Source: Octopus bimaculoides (lineage: Eukaryota). Taken from it: a DNA stretch of 64,000 bases. Location of the stretch: the NCBI RefSeq assembly GCF_001194135.2, contig NC_068981.1, forward strand, positions 21,529,354 through 21,593,353. Reading direction: 5' to 3'. Made by a program: the position numbers and the translations under genes. This document shows, piece after piece, positions 1 to 12,104 of the stretch; positions within the stretch are counted from its first letter, which is position 1, and every line of letters starts with the position of its first letter. Below the pieces are notes generated by a model. That model made no database searches, was not told the origin of the DNA, and saw only the letters and a program-made list of their open reading frames with translations.

Positions 1-275
1 GGAGGTCTGGACCAAACCAGACCCTGAGCAACTCAACCGGACCATCAGTCTAACGTCCCACGACAGAGGCGCTGCTTGACGGCATGAGCTTGCTTCTCCA
101 GGTGCCGAGCCGCAAGCCCACTGACTTATCCCGGTTGATTTTTGCTCCCGTTACCTTTTCGTAGTCTTTCAGTGTCTCGCCGACAAGCTTGATGTGTTTT
201 TGGCTAGACACTATGACGGTGACGTTGTCCGCGTATGCCGACACGCTCGTCCCGCATCCCAACAAGTAGATCAAT
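1..275 (-). mobile_element. L1/Tx1-clade LINE reverse transcriptase fragment (5'-truncated; continues off the window edge)
   Basis: Translation SAYADNVTVIVSS...LKDYEKVTGAKINRDKSVGLRLGTW contains a degenerate YADD motif and the GAKIN..KS motif of L1/Tx1 RTs; CpG-rich relative to flanks. Confidence 0.85.
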
Positions 276-441
276 AGGCAACATTTGTTTTTGTAATTCC
301 CATATTTTCAACTGCTTTCTCTTATATCATCGAAAAGGAAAAGTTGTCCAGTGTTTTCTCTATGACAGTAACGAGAACGGTTTCATTGTCTTCCACTATT
401 ATTCCGTATCCACTCCCTTCTCTCACTCAATCTATTACTGT

Positions 442-443
<2 letters not shown>

Positions 444-478
<35 letters not shown>
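444..478. repeat. (CT)n microsatellite
   Basis: Direct reading. Many further (TA)n, (CA)n, (CT)n, (TAA)n and (GAT)n tracts occur throughout the window. Confidence 0.95.
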
Positions 479-482
<4 letters not shown>

Positions 483-734
483 CCTCTCCTTCTCTATGAC
501 TCCTTGCCTGTTACCCATCCTCCTGTGTTTACCTGTCTTACCTGTCAACGCCTTGAATCTCCTCTCTCTCACTCCATCTGTTCCTCTTCTTTGCTGCTTT
601 GCCTCTCACTTCAGCTATACTTCCTCTGCTTAACAAGTTTTATTTCTCTCTTCTTGCTTTTCCTTTCAAGTAAGTGTGACACACACCACAAGGTATTAGC
701 ATATTAATATTTAGAATGATAATAATAATAATAA

Positions 735-946
735 CCCCTTCTAGCACAAGGCCTGAAATTTTGAGGGGAAGGGTTTAATTGATTACATTGATCCCCAGTA
801 CTCCACTGGTACTTAATTTTTCAGCCCCAAAAGGATGAAAGACAAATTCAAGCTTGGGTGGAATTTGAACTCAGAATTTCAGGATGGACGAAATACTGTT
901 AAACATTTTGCCGTATGTGCTATCAATTCTGCCAGCTCGCTGCCTT
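735..946 (-). mobile_element. tRNA-derived SINE, family B (head ggcagcgagctggcagaa)
   Basis: Reverse complement matches copies at 24779 and 63609; B-box-like gagttcaaattcc; inserted in (TAA)n. Confidence 0.85.
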
Positions 947-965
947 AATAATAATAATAATAATA

Positions 966-1297
966 AGGGTAACTGACACTCTGTCAGTTATGGCAATAAG
1001 TGTTCCAGTTGATCCAATCAGTGGAACAGCCTGCTCATGAAATTAAAGTGTAAGTGGTTGAGTACTCCACAGACATGCTTTCCCATAATGTAGTTCTCAA
1101 GGAGATTCAGTGTGACACAGACTGTGGCAAGGACGGTCCTTTGAAATACAGGTACTACTCATTTTTGCCAGCCAAGTAGACTGGAGTTACATGAAATAAA
1201 GTATCTTGCTCAAGGACACAACATGTCATCAGGAATCGAACTCACAACCTTATGATCATGAGCTGAATACCTTAACCACTAAACCACATGCCTTCAC
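966..1297 (-). mobile_element. tRNA-derived SINE, family C (head gtgaaggc...tggtttagtggtt)
   Basis: Matches copies at 47077 (+) and 49255 (-); A/B-box-like head and gtccttgagcaagatacttt core. Confidence 0.85.
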
Positions 1298-2014
1298 TAA
1301 TAATAATAATAATAACAATAATAAAAGCATTAACATAATACCACAGGGTTAAACCACATTTGACAGACATAGAAGTATACAAAACAAAATAACCACACCT
1401 AAATTCTCTGCTTTCATCCACTCATGATTAAATCCTACACCTAATTCCATAAAAATTCCAATGTTTAATTATGTTTTAACAACTAAAACAGCAAACTTGA
1501 TTTTAAGCAACCTCATACAGTATTGAATGGTTACTTTTAACTTTTGCAGTCTATGCAAAATAAAGATTGTTCTGGAATTTTTTTCCTGAGTAGTTTTCTT
1601 TTATACAACTAGGGAAATAATTTTATTCTCAAATGTAGGATAATGCATGAACAGGATAAACAATCCATATTTTGCAGAAAAATCTGTTGGTGGCTTCTTT
1701 TATGTCATAATTTTGTTAAAAATTTGTGCAACCTATTCACAAGTAAACACATATACAAGGCAGAAACCACACTTGAATTGTACTGCAACTGACGCATTTT
1801 TATCTAGATAACACTAACTATACAGGAAGTATTGAATTCCTTTCAAATCCTTAAGGTCAATAAGTTCAACACTTCAGTTTCACTGTTATTTGAGTCTCAT
1901 GTTTATGTAAATAAAACTATTATGTTTGTAAACTGGACATGTTTTATTATTTGGTAATGAAATGACTCTAAAATAATTTTAGTGAACTGTATAATTCCAA
2001 GCAAAATACATTAG

Positions 2015-2460
2015 TTGACACCTGTAAATAGAATTGCTTATTAATGAGAAATATTTTGGTTGAGTGCTACTACTGAGGTATGACTTGACTCAAGACCATT
2101 GTTTTGATAGAATGTGACTAAAGACTCTAACCAGTTCCATATAACTTGACTAAAAACTGTTGACTGTTATTGTTTCGATATAGCTTGATTGACACTTGTA
2201 AATAACATTGCTTATTAATGAGAAATATTTTGGCTGAGTGCTACTACTGAGGTATGATTTGACTCAAAACCACTGTTTTGATAGAATGTGACTAAAGACT
2301 ATTGATTGTTACCTGTTAGATATAACTTGACTGAAGACTATTGATTGTTACCTGTTATATATATATCATAACTAAAGACTATTGACTGTTACCTGTTACA
2401 TATAACTTGAGTAAAGACTATTGACTTATTGTTTTGATATAGGTTGACTATTGACTAATG
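2015..2460. repeat. ~174-bp tandem duplication grading into a ~38-bp degenerate minisatellite
   Basis: ttgacac.tgtaaata...gaatgtgactaaagact occurs at 2015 and 2189, followed by repeated gactaaagactattga.tgttacctgtta.atataactt units. Confidence 0.85.
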
Positions 2461-2634
2461 TCTGCTACTTCAGTTTTAGGTTGACTGAAAACTATAGTGA
2501 ATGGCTACATGTACCTTGACTGAACATTGTTAGTGCATTGATATTGCTGTAATGAAATCTGTTGAATGTCCTATGTTACAAATGTTATTACCAAATTAAC
2601 TTCAGAATACCTATAAAAATGCCTTTTATTGTAG

Positions 2635-2682
2635 TTTTAAATGAATGTTCAATGCCGAATTGTCTTAGATCCAATGCTGAAG
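2635..2682 (+). CDS. WDR59: Tentative WDR59 internal exon (phase 1-1): (V)LNECSMPNCLRSNAE
   Basis: ttttattgtag|...GAAG|gtatgt; 48 nt; only one frame is open and it is phase-compatible with the exon at 7601. No clear sequence similarity recognised. Confidence 0.4.
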
Positions 2683-3255
2683 GTATGTCTTATGTTGCTT
2701 TTGGAATTTGCTTTAACATTTTCATTGAATCTCCCTTCCATTCATGTTCCTCCACCTCTCTATCCCCTATTTACCCTTGTTAAAAAGAAACATGTGGCAG
2801 ATTAATTTTTGTTGTTGTTGTTTCTGTATTTGTCCTTTTTAATAGGTGCTGTCTTTCTGTGTTTGCTATTTGTTCAATATTTATTTCAAGTTTGCATTTG
2901 GAACTAATTTATTCACTATCTTAATTTAACACTCTAACATTCTGTGTAATTGAAGTTAGGTGCATGCTTTGCTTAAGCAGGTATTTAATTTGTCAACCAT
3001 GGAAGAAGAGCAGGTGTTTAATCAGACAACCACAAAAGAGTTTACTGTTAGTTTTTGATATAATCAAGCATTGTGGTTTACTTGAAAAATATTTTACCAA
3101 ATTTTTCAATTTTATATCTGGTTTGCAAGATTCTTGATGTGAATTTGTGTGTTGAAACAATTGTTGTTGTATCTTGGGAGGGTCATTATGCCAATAATAA
3201 ACACATGCACTGGTTCTATTTTGCTTCTTTTAATTATTATTATTATTATTATTAT

Positions 3256-3482
3256 ATGAAAACTCACAGCTTATTTTGCTGGGTTTGATGGAAAGTGTCA
3301 GCTGTCCACAGCCGACAGGCTGAGGTGACACTTGTTCACTGGTCATGGTTCAAGAACCCTACGAAGAATTCTTGCAGTTTCAAGCAATGCTAATTTTTGT
3401 AGGTATTCTATCTTCACACCTGCACCAGTCTTTTTCAGCCATGTTGGTAGTTGATTGCTGATACTTCCAAGTGCACCAATTA
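3256..3482 (-). mobile_element. R4/Dong-clade non-LTR retrotransposon 3' fragment (end of restriction-like endonuclease domain plus 3' UTR)
   Basis: 3480-3343 translates IGALGSISNQLPTWLKKTGAGVKIEYLQKLALLETARILRRVLEP*, matching the IGALG...LQK.ALL.TARILR.VL C-terminus; (TAA)n on both sides. Confidence 0.85.
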
Positions 3483-3506
3483 TTATTATTATTATTATTA
3501 TTGCTG

Positions 3507-3558
<52 letters not shown>

Positions 3559-3933
3559 ATTGTTTAATTATCTAATTAATTAATCAATCAATTGTTTACT
3601 CACTTGGTTAATTATTCAGTCAATTATGGTTGTCATTGTTGTGTCATCGTCATTCACAACCTCATCAGGGACATGCCCTCTCTCCTCCAGGTCAACTTTC
3701 AACAAACATAGCTGATTGCTTCATCAACCAAACAATTGATTAGCTAATTGGTTAAATAGAACCAGTGTGTGTGTTTATAAATAGCATAATGACCCTCACA
3801 AGATATATCAAAATTATTTTACTAAAATTATATACTAAAAACAAAATTTCATCTCTTTGATGATTGCATGGAAAGCTAACATTAGAGGATTAAATATTTG
3901 CATGAATTTAACGTAGCTGGGGATGGCTTCTTA

Positions 3934-3976
<43 letters not shown>

Positions 3977-4306
3977 CACCAGCAGATATGAATCTTTCAA
4001 TTTATTTACTAATATCTTAAAATGTGTCATCTTCGTGTTTGAAGGTTAACTTCAAGAGATTACTAAATTATTGTTTAATCTCATATTTGTTACTACCGAA
4101 AAAATATTTTACAACATTACACAATGAGAACACCAATTATTGATAAATTGATTATGTGAGTTTTTATAATATTATATAACATACTGTTCTGTGATAGAAA
4201 GATCAACAAAAGAAGTACTCCATCTGATGAAAGATAAATATTATTTATTTAAAGAACACAATACATGTCTTTAAGTGCTACTAATAGTTTCACTATTAGT
4301 GCTACT

Positions 4307-4340
<34 letters not shown>

Positions 4341-4603
4341 TATACATATGGTCAGAATTAGTGAAACATTCAGTGACAATTGTAGGTTTCAGGTAGAATC
4401 TATTATTTTTCTTCTCTTGCTCATGAAGCCGTCAAACAAAAACAACATGTCTATATATTTATTACCTGCTTCTCAAAATTTTAGTAATCCAGGAACTACT
4501 GACAGAATCCAGGAAATCAGACTGAAGTTAATGACCATGAAACACAAAATGGCCTAGATTTTAGGAAGTAATCAAACCTAATATCGTAACATAAATTACT
4601 ATT

Positions 4604-4850
4604 TATATTATTTACATTTAAAGGATATTTGTCCTCATCTTGTTTGTTGTTAGCACAACGTTTCGGCTGATACACCCTCCAGCCTTCATCAGGTGTCTTG
4701 AGGAAATTTCGAACCTGGGTTCCCCAAAACACCTGATGAAGCCTGGAGGGTATATCAGCTGAAACGTTGTGTTAACAACAAACAAGATGAGGACAAACAT
4801 CCATCAAATGTAAATAATGTAAATAATTCCTCATCTCTTAAATATAGAAC
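4604..4850. mobile_element. Penelope-like-element-derived inverted repeat with two minimal type I hammerhead motifs
   Basis: Arms ~4604-4698 and ~4726-4821; each contains CTGATGA-stem II-GAAACGTT flanked by a short stem I. Confidence 0.7.
4728..4773 (+). ncRNA. Minimal type I hammerhead ribozyme motif (mirror copy on - strand at ~4651-4697)
   Basis: aacac-CTGATGA-agcctgg..tcagct-GAAAC-GTT-gtgtt: stem I aacac/gtgtt, conserved core, palindromic loop-less stem III (ACGT). Confidence 0.65.
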
Positions 4851-5409
4851 GGTAGCATAAATTACTGTACTCAATATGAAGTGACAAATTCAATAGGAAT
4901 TAGATATTTTGTATTGTATGCAGTTACTTGGTGTATACTAAGACTTTCATTAAGCCTGATGGTCTGTTATCCATGACTGGTTTTCTTGTCACTTCAGTGA
5001 CAACACATAATATAGATTTTTACATGTATGGAACAGCAATGTGATGCTGAATGTCAGGGAAATACGAACAGTGAAGATAGTAATTGCAGCAACTAGAGAA
5101 GAATGTCTTACTTTGATTTGTTGAATACATTGAGTATATTCATTCACAGCTTGAAACAGTGTTCTAGAATTACGTTACATTCGGCAGTTAACTCACTGTT
5201 CACTTCGAAGGACACCTACTCAGAGATTGGGTCAAATTAAAGAGTTACATTTATAATGTTATAGATTAAAAGAAGATCTTAAAAGAGGAAATATTATGAA
5301 TCTTAAAGATCAGAATAAAAGAACATGGAAAATTTTTTGCTTGGATGAGGAACAGAATATTTATTCAGTTTAATAACTGAATATTTATTAAACTTTCAAT
5401 GCTTATGCA

Positions 5410-5960
5410 CAGTTCCCATTCAGAAACTTAATGCATTTCTGCAAGCCACTGGTCTCCCTTGGTGCAAACATGCAATTTCAAAGGTTTGCTAATGGTGTCC
5501 AATAGTTGTAGAAGAGAGGTCATCCCACCAAGAATGCTGGCAGGATCAGCCTTCATGGCCTACAACTGTTGCCTCACATCCTACTGTTGATGACATTTAA
5601 ACACATCAAGAATCAGTAAGGGCGATTGTTTCAGTAGGCCACCTGGTCATCTTTCCCCATACTGTTTTGATTAAGCTTTTTGTTATCCCTGTATCAAAAC
5701 ACACATCTCTGTCATAGTCATGAACCTCTATTCTTTTCAGAAATGTTTCACTGGGCAAGATCTTGTTCTTGAAGACAATGTATGGTGTCAGATTTTCCAT
5801 CACTATTGGTAACTCGCATCACCATAAAATGATTCTTCTCATTGCTGGTGGTTTTCATAATGACTGTTTTCTGGCTCTTGGAATCAACTGTCTGTTGTTA
5901 GGAAACTGATGTGGCCTGATTCATGATGAGCAATATTTCATGTAGCTTTTAAGCAAACAA
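5410..5960 (-). mobile_element. pogo-family (Tc1/mariner superfamily) DDE_1 transposase remnant
   Basis: Frameshifted translation TVDSKSQKTVIMKTTSNEKNHF..., TPYIVFKNKILP..KTVWGK, LLILDVFKCH...ILGGMTSLLQLLD..SKPLK resembles POGK-like transposases; stops and frameshifts present. Confidence 0.85.
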
Positions 5961-7600
5961 ATGTTTCTTATCCCCACTTGCACTACAACATAGAACTTCT
6001 TATAAACATTGTTGTGGTAATTGTGTATCCCCTGACAGTTTATGATACTTAAGAAACAAATTCCATACATTTTATTAATATAATAGTTGTTGTTTAGCCC
6101 AAGTCATCTGTGACCACCCCATTTATTTATATATCTGAAATGTATGATGGCATGATATAGTCCTAACTGGAACGTTTTTGATCATACATCCACTTGGTCA
6201 GCACTGAAAAAGGTATCAAGAACTATTTGAAAATTCTGGTGTTTTCAGTAGGAAACTTTATTGTTTCGTGACAGAGTATAATTCTTTAATATAATCTTAA
6301 AGTTGCAAACTTTTTCTGTCGTTATTTCAAATGTTTGTTGTATTTTCTGTCACCAATTACTTGGAGCCATCTGACTAGCTCTGTCATCATTTTGTCCTGT
6401 TTGAAGTAGTTTTCTCTGAAGTTGACAAGATATATTTCACTTTTGTTTTGTTTTGTAATCACTTGTATCGCTTTCATGACATATCATTGACTGAACGAGA
6501 AGGCAATTTTATATTTCTTTTCCCAGTCCTTTTCACTGACGTTTTACTGTGTTACCTTTCTATTTTTATCAGTCAACTAGAGCAACAGCACTGTTGCTTG
6601 TATTTCAACTTAACTATATCTGTTTCAATGTACTTCCATATAAAAATAAGGGAAGGGTCTCTCTTTTTTTTTTTTCCTTTTAAAAATATTTTAAAATGTT
6701 TAGCATGGGCTTCAAGAAAATCTATTGGCTGTTATTAAAACTATGTCATTGTTTAGTTGTCGAGTATTAAATTTGGAAACAGGATTGTCAAGTACAATCT
6801 CAACACTTTAAAGGTCAGTTTGTTGGCCAACTCTAGATAAGCATCAATCACAATCACTGAAATTAATTATGGATTTGTTCTCTTTCATGAGGGCATTCAT
6901 AAAATAATTCATTATTATTTTATTTCTATTTTTCTTTCAGACTGATCTATTTTTCATTGTTGTTCTAAACAGTTTCCTCCTTTGGCAACTATGTCTTTCC
7001 CATTCCCAGTAATACTTTCAATTACTTTTGCTGTTTATTTATTTATTTTTTTCAATATCTCATTCAATCTGAGAATGTTTAAATGCTATGTATCTTTGAT
7101 TCTTAAATTTTCATTCTTCAAAAAATCATTTCCATTAAATATTTTTGTACCTGTTTTCAATCAAATTAGAAAAAAATCCCACTTGTTCTATTTTCAGATA
7201 TCTACTCTTGAATTCTCTAAAAGTTTCTTTTTTTTTTTTTTTTCAAAATCAGAAATATATTGATTTGAATTCCTATGTCTGACGTAGTTATAGTAATATT
7301 CCTGCTAACTGTGCCACATATCTATTGATATTTATGCTCAAAAGTAGAATTGGTCATGCCAAAAATGTTGTTGCTTTGACAATCATTACCCCATCATGAA
7401 AATGTAAATAGACTTGCAATTGCTAAAAAATTGTGCTGTAATGGAAACNNNNNNNNNNNNNNNNNNNNNNNNNNNNNNNNNNNNNNNNNNNNNNNNNNNN
7501 NNNNNNNNNNNNNNNNNNNNNNNNNNNNNNNNNNNNNNNNNNNNNNNNNNNNNNNNNNNNNNNNNNNNNNNNNNNNNNNNNNNNNNNNNNNNNNCTTTAG

Positions 7601-7701
7601 AAAATCATAGAAAGCATGGAAGTGCTCAAGTCAAACCAGAGACACTAGATAAATTCAGGAGATACAAGGAAGAAGTTCAACTCAGACAGACTTCGATTGG
7701 T
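7601..7701 (+). CDS. WDR59: Probable WDR59 exon (phase 1-0): (E)NHRKHGSAQVKPETLDKFRRYKEEVQLRQTSIG
   Basis: ctttag| directly after an N gap, so the true start may lie in the gap; donor GGT|gtatgc; single open frame; phase fits the exon at 9735. Confidence 0.55.
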
Positions 7702-8206
7702 GTATGCATATATGTATTTAACACAAAGAATTCTCTAAAACATATATTAATACATTCAAAATATTGAGTTATAAAAATATAAAAATATATATGAATGTTA
7801 AAAATATGCAAGGACAAATAAATATATACATATATAAATATAATGGAGTATAGATAAAAATATAGATGAGGATAATAAAATATAGAAAGGCATTTCATTT
7901 TAAAATTATGGAATGCAGAGAGTAATAGATGTTTAAAAAGAAGGCTGGTGGGAGTTTTTTATTTTTTATTTTTTGAAATTATAACCAAGTGGCAATAAAT
8001 TGTTGTACTATATAAAATGTTACTATGCGGGTTTTATAACGGCATCTATTAAATTTTATAATCCTAACACTAGAAATTTTAATAAACATGCTCCCTCTGT
8101 GCCCAAACACCTGGATGGGGTAACTCACTCTGAATCTAGGAAAAGTCAAATTATATGGTTTGCCATCACCGTTTTCGGTGTTACCAGTTATGAGCTGCTG
8201 AGCAAA

Positions 8207-8549
8207 TGTAGGAGAAATAAAGATAAACACAAGTTTATATTATAGTTCTTACATGTGTTTCAACATTATGGTTGTTTGGAGCCCTGCAATAAGTGTTCCA
8301 AATGCTTTTAAATATTCAACCACAATGGATCATTAAGAAACAGTATCAAGTTATTTATTGTAGTAAGTTACAGATAATTATGACCCTCGTCATCTGTAAC
8401 ATGTTACAATAAAGTGTACTTTGAGGATCCATTGTAGTTGAGCATCTAAATAAATAGGAACATCTATTGCAGGGCTCCAAACAACCATAAGAGTGAAACA
8501 TGCATAGGAACTTTAATATAAACTTGTGTTTATTCTTATCTTTCCTACA
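8207..8549. repeat. Long imperfect inverted repeat (fold-back; arms ~170 bp)
   Basis: tgtagga..ataaacacaagtttatatta...ttatggttgtttggagccctgcaata...caatggatc is mirrored by gatccattg...tattgcagggctccaaacaaccataa...taatataaacttgtgtttat..tcctaca. Confidence 0.9.
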
Positions 8550-8550
8550 G

Positions 8551-8624
8551 AGTAATAATATTGAAACAGGAGATTGGAAAATTTTTTGTATTATTTTCCA
8601 ATCTCCTGTTTTGATATTATTACT
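8551..8624 (+). other. 74-nt hairpin (32-bp stem, 10-nt loop), pre-miRNA-like
   Basis: 8551-8582 pairs with 8593-8624; the only two non-Watson-Crick positions are G-U on the + strand. The hairpin is certain; its function is not. Confidence 0.6.
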
Positions 8625-9734
8625 TGGCAGAAACTGTTTTCCACTTTTTTTTTTTTTAAAACTCTTAAGCATATCTTACACAAATATAACAACTACATAC
8701 AGTTTTGGAGTACTGAATTAAGCAGAAGTGCTTCAAGAGGACACGGATTGGATTTTAACCCTATCTACATCTAATTTTTCCTATACACACACATACATAA
8801 ATACATATATACACATACACTAGTGTGTGTGCAGGCATGTGTTTTGGTTTAGATAATATATATTAAACAAAATTTGGACCTTGTTATTTTCAGGTGCTAT
8901 GCAAGTTGAGTGGAACCTTTTTGATTGTTATAATAGAGAAAGCCATAATTTAGACAAAAACACTCTCGTGTCTGCTATATAAACACAATACGTATCTTTT
9001 TAATTTTCAGTTCTATTTAATTTTATTATTAAAGCTCAATATTTGGTATTTGTAAAAAGTTAATCTTCTTTCCTGTATTATATTCTGTTTAAATTTAGAG
9101 TTTGTCATTTCCCCTCTAAAATTGTTTCACCTCATCTGGCCTTCTTGTCTTTCTTATATTTTCAATTAAACCATTTCTGTTTTCTGTTACAGTGGGCTTT
9201 TATAATTATCATTATATTTTATTTTTGGAGAATGCCACCCCTACTGTTTGTTATTTTGATTAAAACAGCTTTTAATTTGATGTACATTAAAAAAACTATC
9301 CTCTTTACAAAGGTCCCTTATCTTGGACACTGCAGACATTAACCCGTTTCTTCTGGTAATTGTCCAGATTAGTTGTTCTTTCTCAATCTTTATGGTTGAC
9401 CACTGTAAGATTTGTTCTTATATTTTCTATATCTTCTGGCAAGAATATTTCTCTCTTTTCACAATAGACTATATATTGAGTTTGTGTGTGTGTATTCTTT
9501 TTTCCTTTTACTTATTTCAGTTACAGTCATTGGCCTGCAGCCACACATATATATATATATATGTATATAATATATCACCATCATCATATATCACCATTGT
9601 CCAATATATATATATAATATATATGTGTGTGTATGTGTGTGTGTGTGCAAGAGTACACACATACTTCAATTTTTAACTCTTTCAATGCCAAGACATTTTT
9701 TTTTTATGATTTCTCTGTCCTTTTTCTTCTGCAG

Positions 9735-9792
9735 TACAGCCCATATCACACAGTTACTTCTGCCACAAATCTCTTGAAGGGCGGGGCACCCA
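9735..9792 (+). CDS. WDR59: WDR59 exon (phase 0-1): YSPYHTVTSATNLLKGGAP
   Basis: tttttcttctgcag|...CCCA|gtaagt; size and phases correspond to the short YPSF...LNT segment of vertebrate WDR59 (recalled, not searched). Confidence 0.75.
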
Positions 9793-11634
9793 GTAAGTGC
9801 CATAAAGTAATAGTAATAGTAATATTAGTGATGGCATTACTACTACTTTGAAATAAAACAAAAGTATCACTATATTAAAGTAGATGTGAACACAGTTGTT
9901 GTAGTAGAAGTAGTAGTAATTATAATAATATTGCTACTACTTTATGTCTTGCATGCAAAAAAAAATTGTGTGTGTATCTCTCTTGTTGTTTTAGATGCTA
10001 TGCTTTTTAATAAGTTTCTTACTTACCAAGCTTAAATTTTCCTACCTTACCTCAGATATAACACTTTTGTATGCCAGTCCCAATATGTGTTTGATATCAC
10101 CTCTCGTTTCTTTCACATTTATATGTACAGTAGTTTTATTTAACTTTGTCAGCATGCTTAGTAAAATCTATTTGTAATTATGTATTTCCTCGTGTAAAAC
10201 TCCTTTAACTAAACATTTACTGTTGTAGTGTTTCTTTCTATTTCATTCCACAGAAAAGACATGGTTATCATTAGAACTTGTGGTTGTTTTGTTCTAGACA
10301 TCTAATCTCCAGTCTTAGAGTTAGACTACATTTGGTCTGGAAGAATTAAGTCAATATAAATTTTTTAGACAGTAGTTTGTGGATGAAATATCTAAACAAA
10401 ACCAAAATATGAATTTACAAAAATCTAAGATTTTTGACATGAGTTCAGCATACAGTTTTTCCCTGTAAATGGAATTATGAGAATTGATGCGGATAATTTT
10501 ACTAAATGATATGAAATTTATTATTAAACTGTATCAAGTCTAACTGATTATCCTGTGTTCAATTCTAGTTTAATATACTGTTTCACTCCATTCCCTTAGT
10601 TTACAGTTTCTTTGGGGGAGTTTGGTTAAACAAATTTATCTGACTAAACCAAAGTAAATTTAATATTTGCTTGGTTGCTTATTAGGCCCTTCTCACTAAT
10701 TGATCTATGTGATGACAATCTCTTACCTTCTCCACCATCACCACCATTTTGATTATATGATTTGAAATTGCTTTAGTTCACAGTTCAAAAGTATATTAAA
10801 GTAGATTATGGTTAATGGCATCAAATTAATGTGATCAGTGATGTTAGATTAATGCAGCCATTGACATCAAATCAGTGCAGTCATTAACGTCAGCTTAATG
10901 AGGTGGAGGGTATCAGATCAATGCGGTCTATAATATAAAATCAATATGGTCAGTGTCACTAGATCAATATGTCTTGTTCTAACATATAAATGACATATAA
11001 TTGATAATGATGAACATGAAATATTTTCACTAGTAGAAGTCTCAAAAGTTTACTGACTTAATTTAAAAGATACTTGATTTTATTGGAATTAAAAAAATAT
11101 ATAATGAATTAGTAGTTACGTTCTGTATTTGACCTAACTATAACACTGTAGTTTTAACATATCTTAATATGAGTCTAATATATTTTGCTCTAACCATAGT
11201 TATTTTAACATACAATAATACCATTTACACTACCAATCTAACTTTATTGGTTTAACTGTTCTTATGTTATTTTGCCAAAATGTTGATATTAATATAAATG
11301 CGATTTTATTATGCTTTGATGTTGTTTTATCATCAGTCATCTTCATCAATATTTTGACATCCATGCTGTTTGACCAAGATAGTTGTGGCATACAGTTTAT
11401 CAATCTTTATCTTTTCTGTAAGTTCAAACATTCTGAGATCTAATCTCACCACTTCTTCCTATGTCACTGTGTCTCATTTTAAGTCCTTCAACTGAAATGG
11501 CAGTATGACTAGATGTCTTAATACCATCTGACTCTTACAAACAGCCTGGTTGAGTATTTCATCACTTATTTATTTACAGTATAAATAATCTGCACAATAT
11601 ATATAGTGACATTGAACTAGTGCATTGTATAGAT

Positions 11635-12104
11635 CAGTGTTTCTCAACCTTTTTACCCTTGCGTAACCCTTAAAATAAATTACATGTCTCAAAGAACCCC
11701 TGCACAAAAAATATACCATATCTTTCTCATTTTTTCATCATAATTCACATGGTAAATATCATATATATGTATCATATATATATATATATTTGGTTGGTAT
11801 ATTTTTTGATAATAGGTTAGATAGGATATCTATATTACAATAACCAGAGAAACTGTCATATAGACATTAATTTATTTGAGCAAATTCAGTTCTGTATAAT
11901 ATCAAATTCCTTGCACCTACAATTCTTTCCATGCCCAATTAATTCAATTTAAGGAATATGTTGTACATGCATAGTAATATCACGGTCATGAAATTAGCAT
12001 TAGCTTATCTCACTCTTTCCCGCGAAACCCCTAGGAAGCTTTTGTGGAACCCTAGGGTTCCGGGGAACCCTAGGGTTCCGGGGAACCCCGGTTGAGAAAT
12101 GCTG
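11635..12104. mobile_element. hAT (Charlie-like) MITE
   Basis: TIRs cagtgtttctcaacc / ggttgagaaatgctg; 8-bp TSD gtatagat / gtgtagat; subterminal ggaaccctagggttccg repeats. Confidence 0.9.

Noticed and set aside
5030-5375. Protein-like stretch RLKEDLKRGNIMNLKDQNKRTWKIFCLDEEQ
   Set aside because: It is interrupted by several stops and has no recognisable family. It may be decayed transposon sequence next to the pogo relic.
8893-8980. Acceptor ttttcag| with open frame AMQVEWNLFDCYNRESHNLDKNTLVSAI*
   Set aside because: There is no donor before the stop, and it would truncate WDR59; no similarity recognised.
10253-10304. Acceptor-like site followed by KDMVIIRTCGCF, resembling a TGF-beta/cystine-knot C-terminus
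   Set aside because: The spacing is off by one, no upstream cystine-knot exons were found, and it lies within a WDR59 intron on the same strand. Likely chance.
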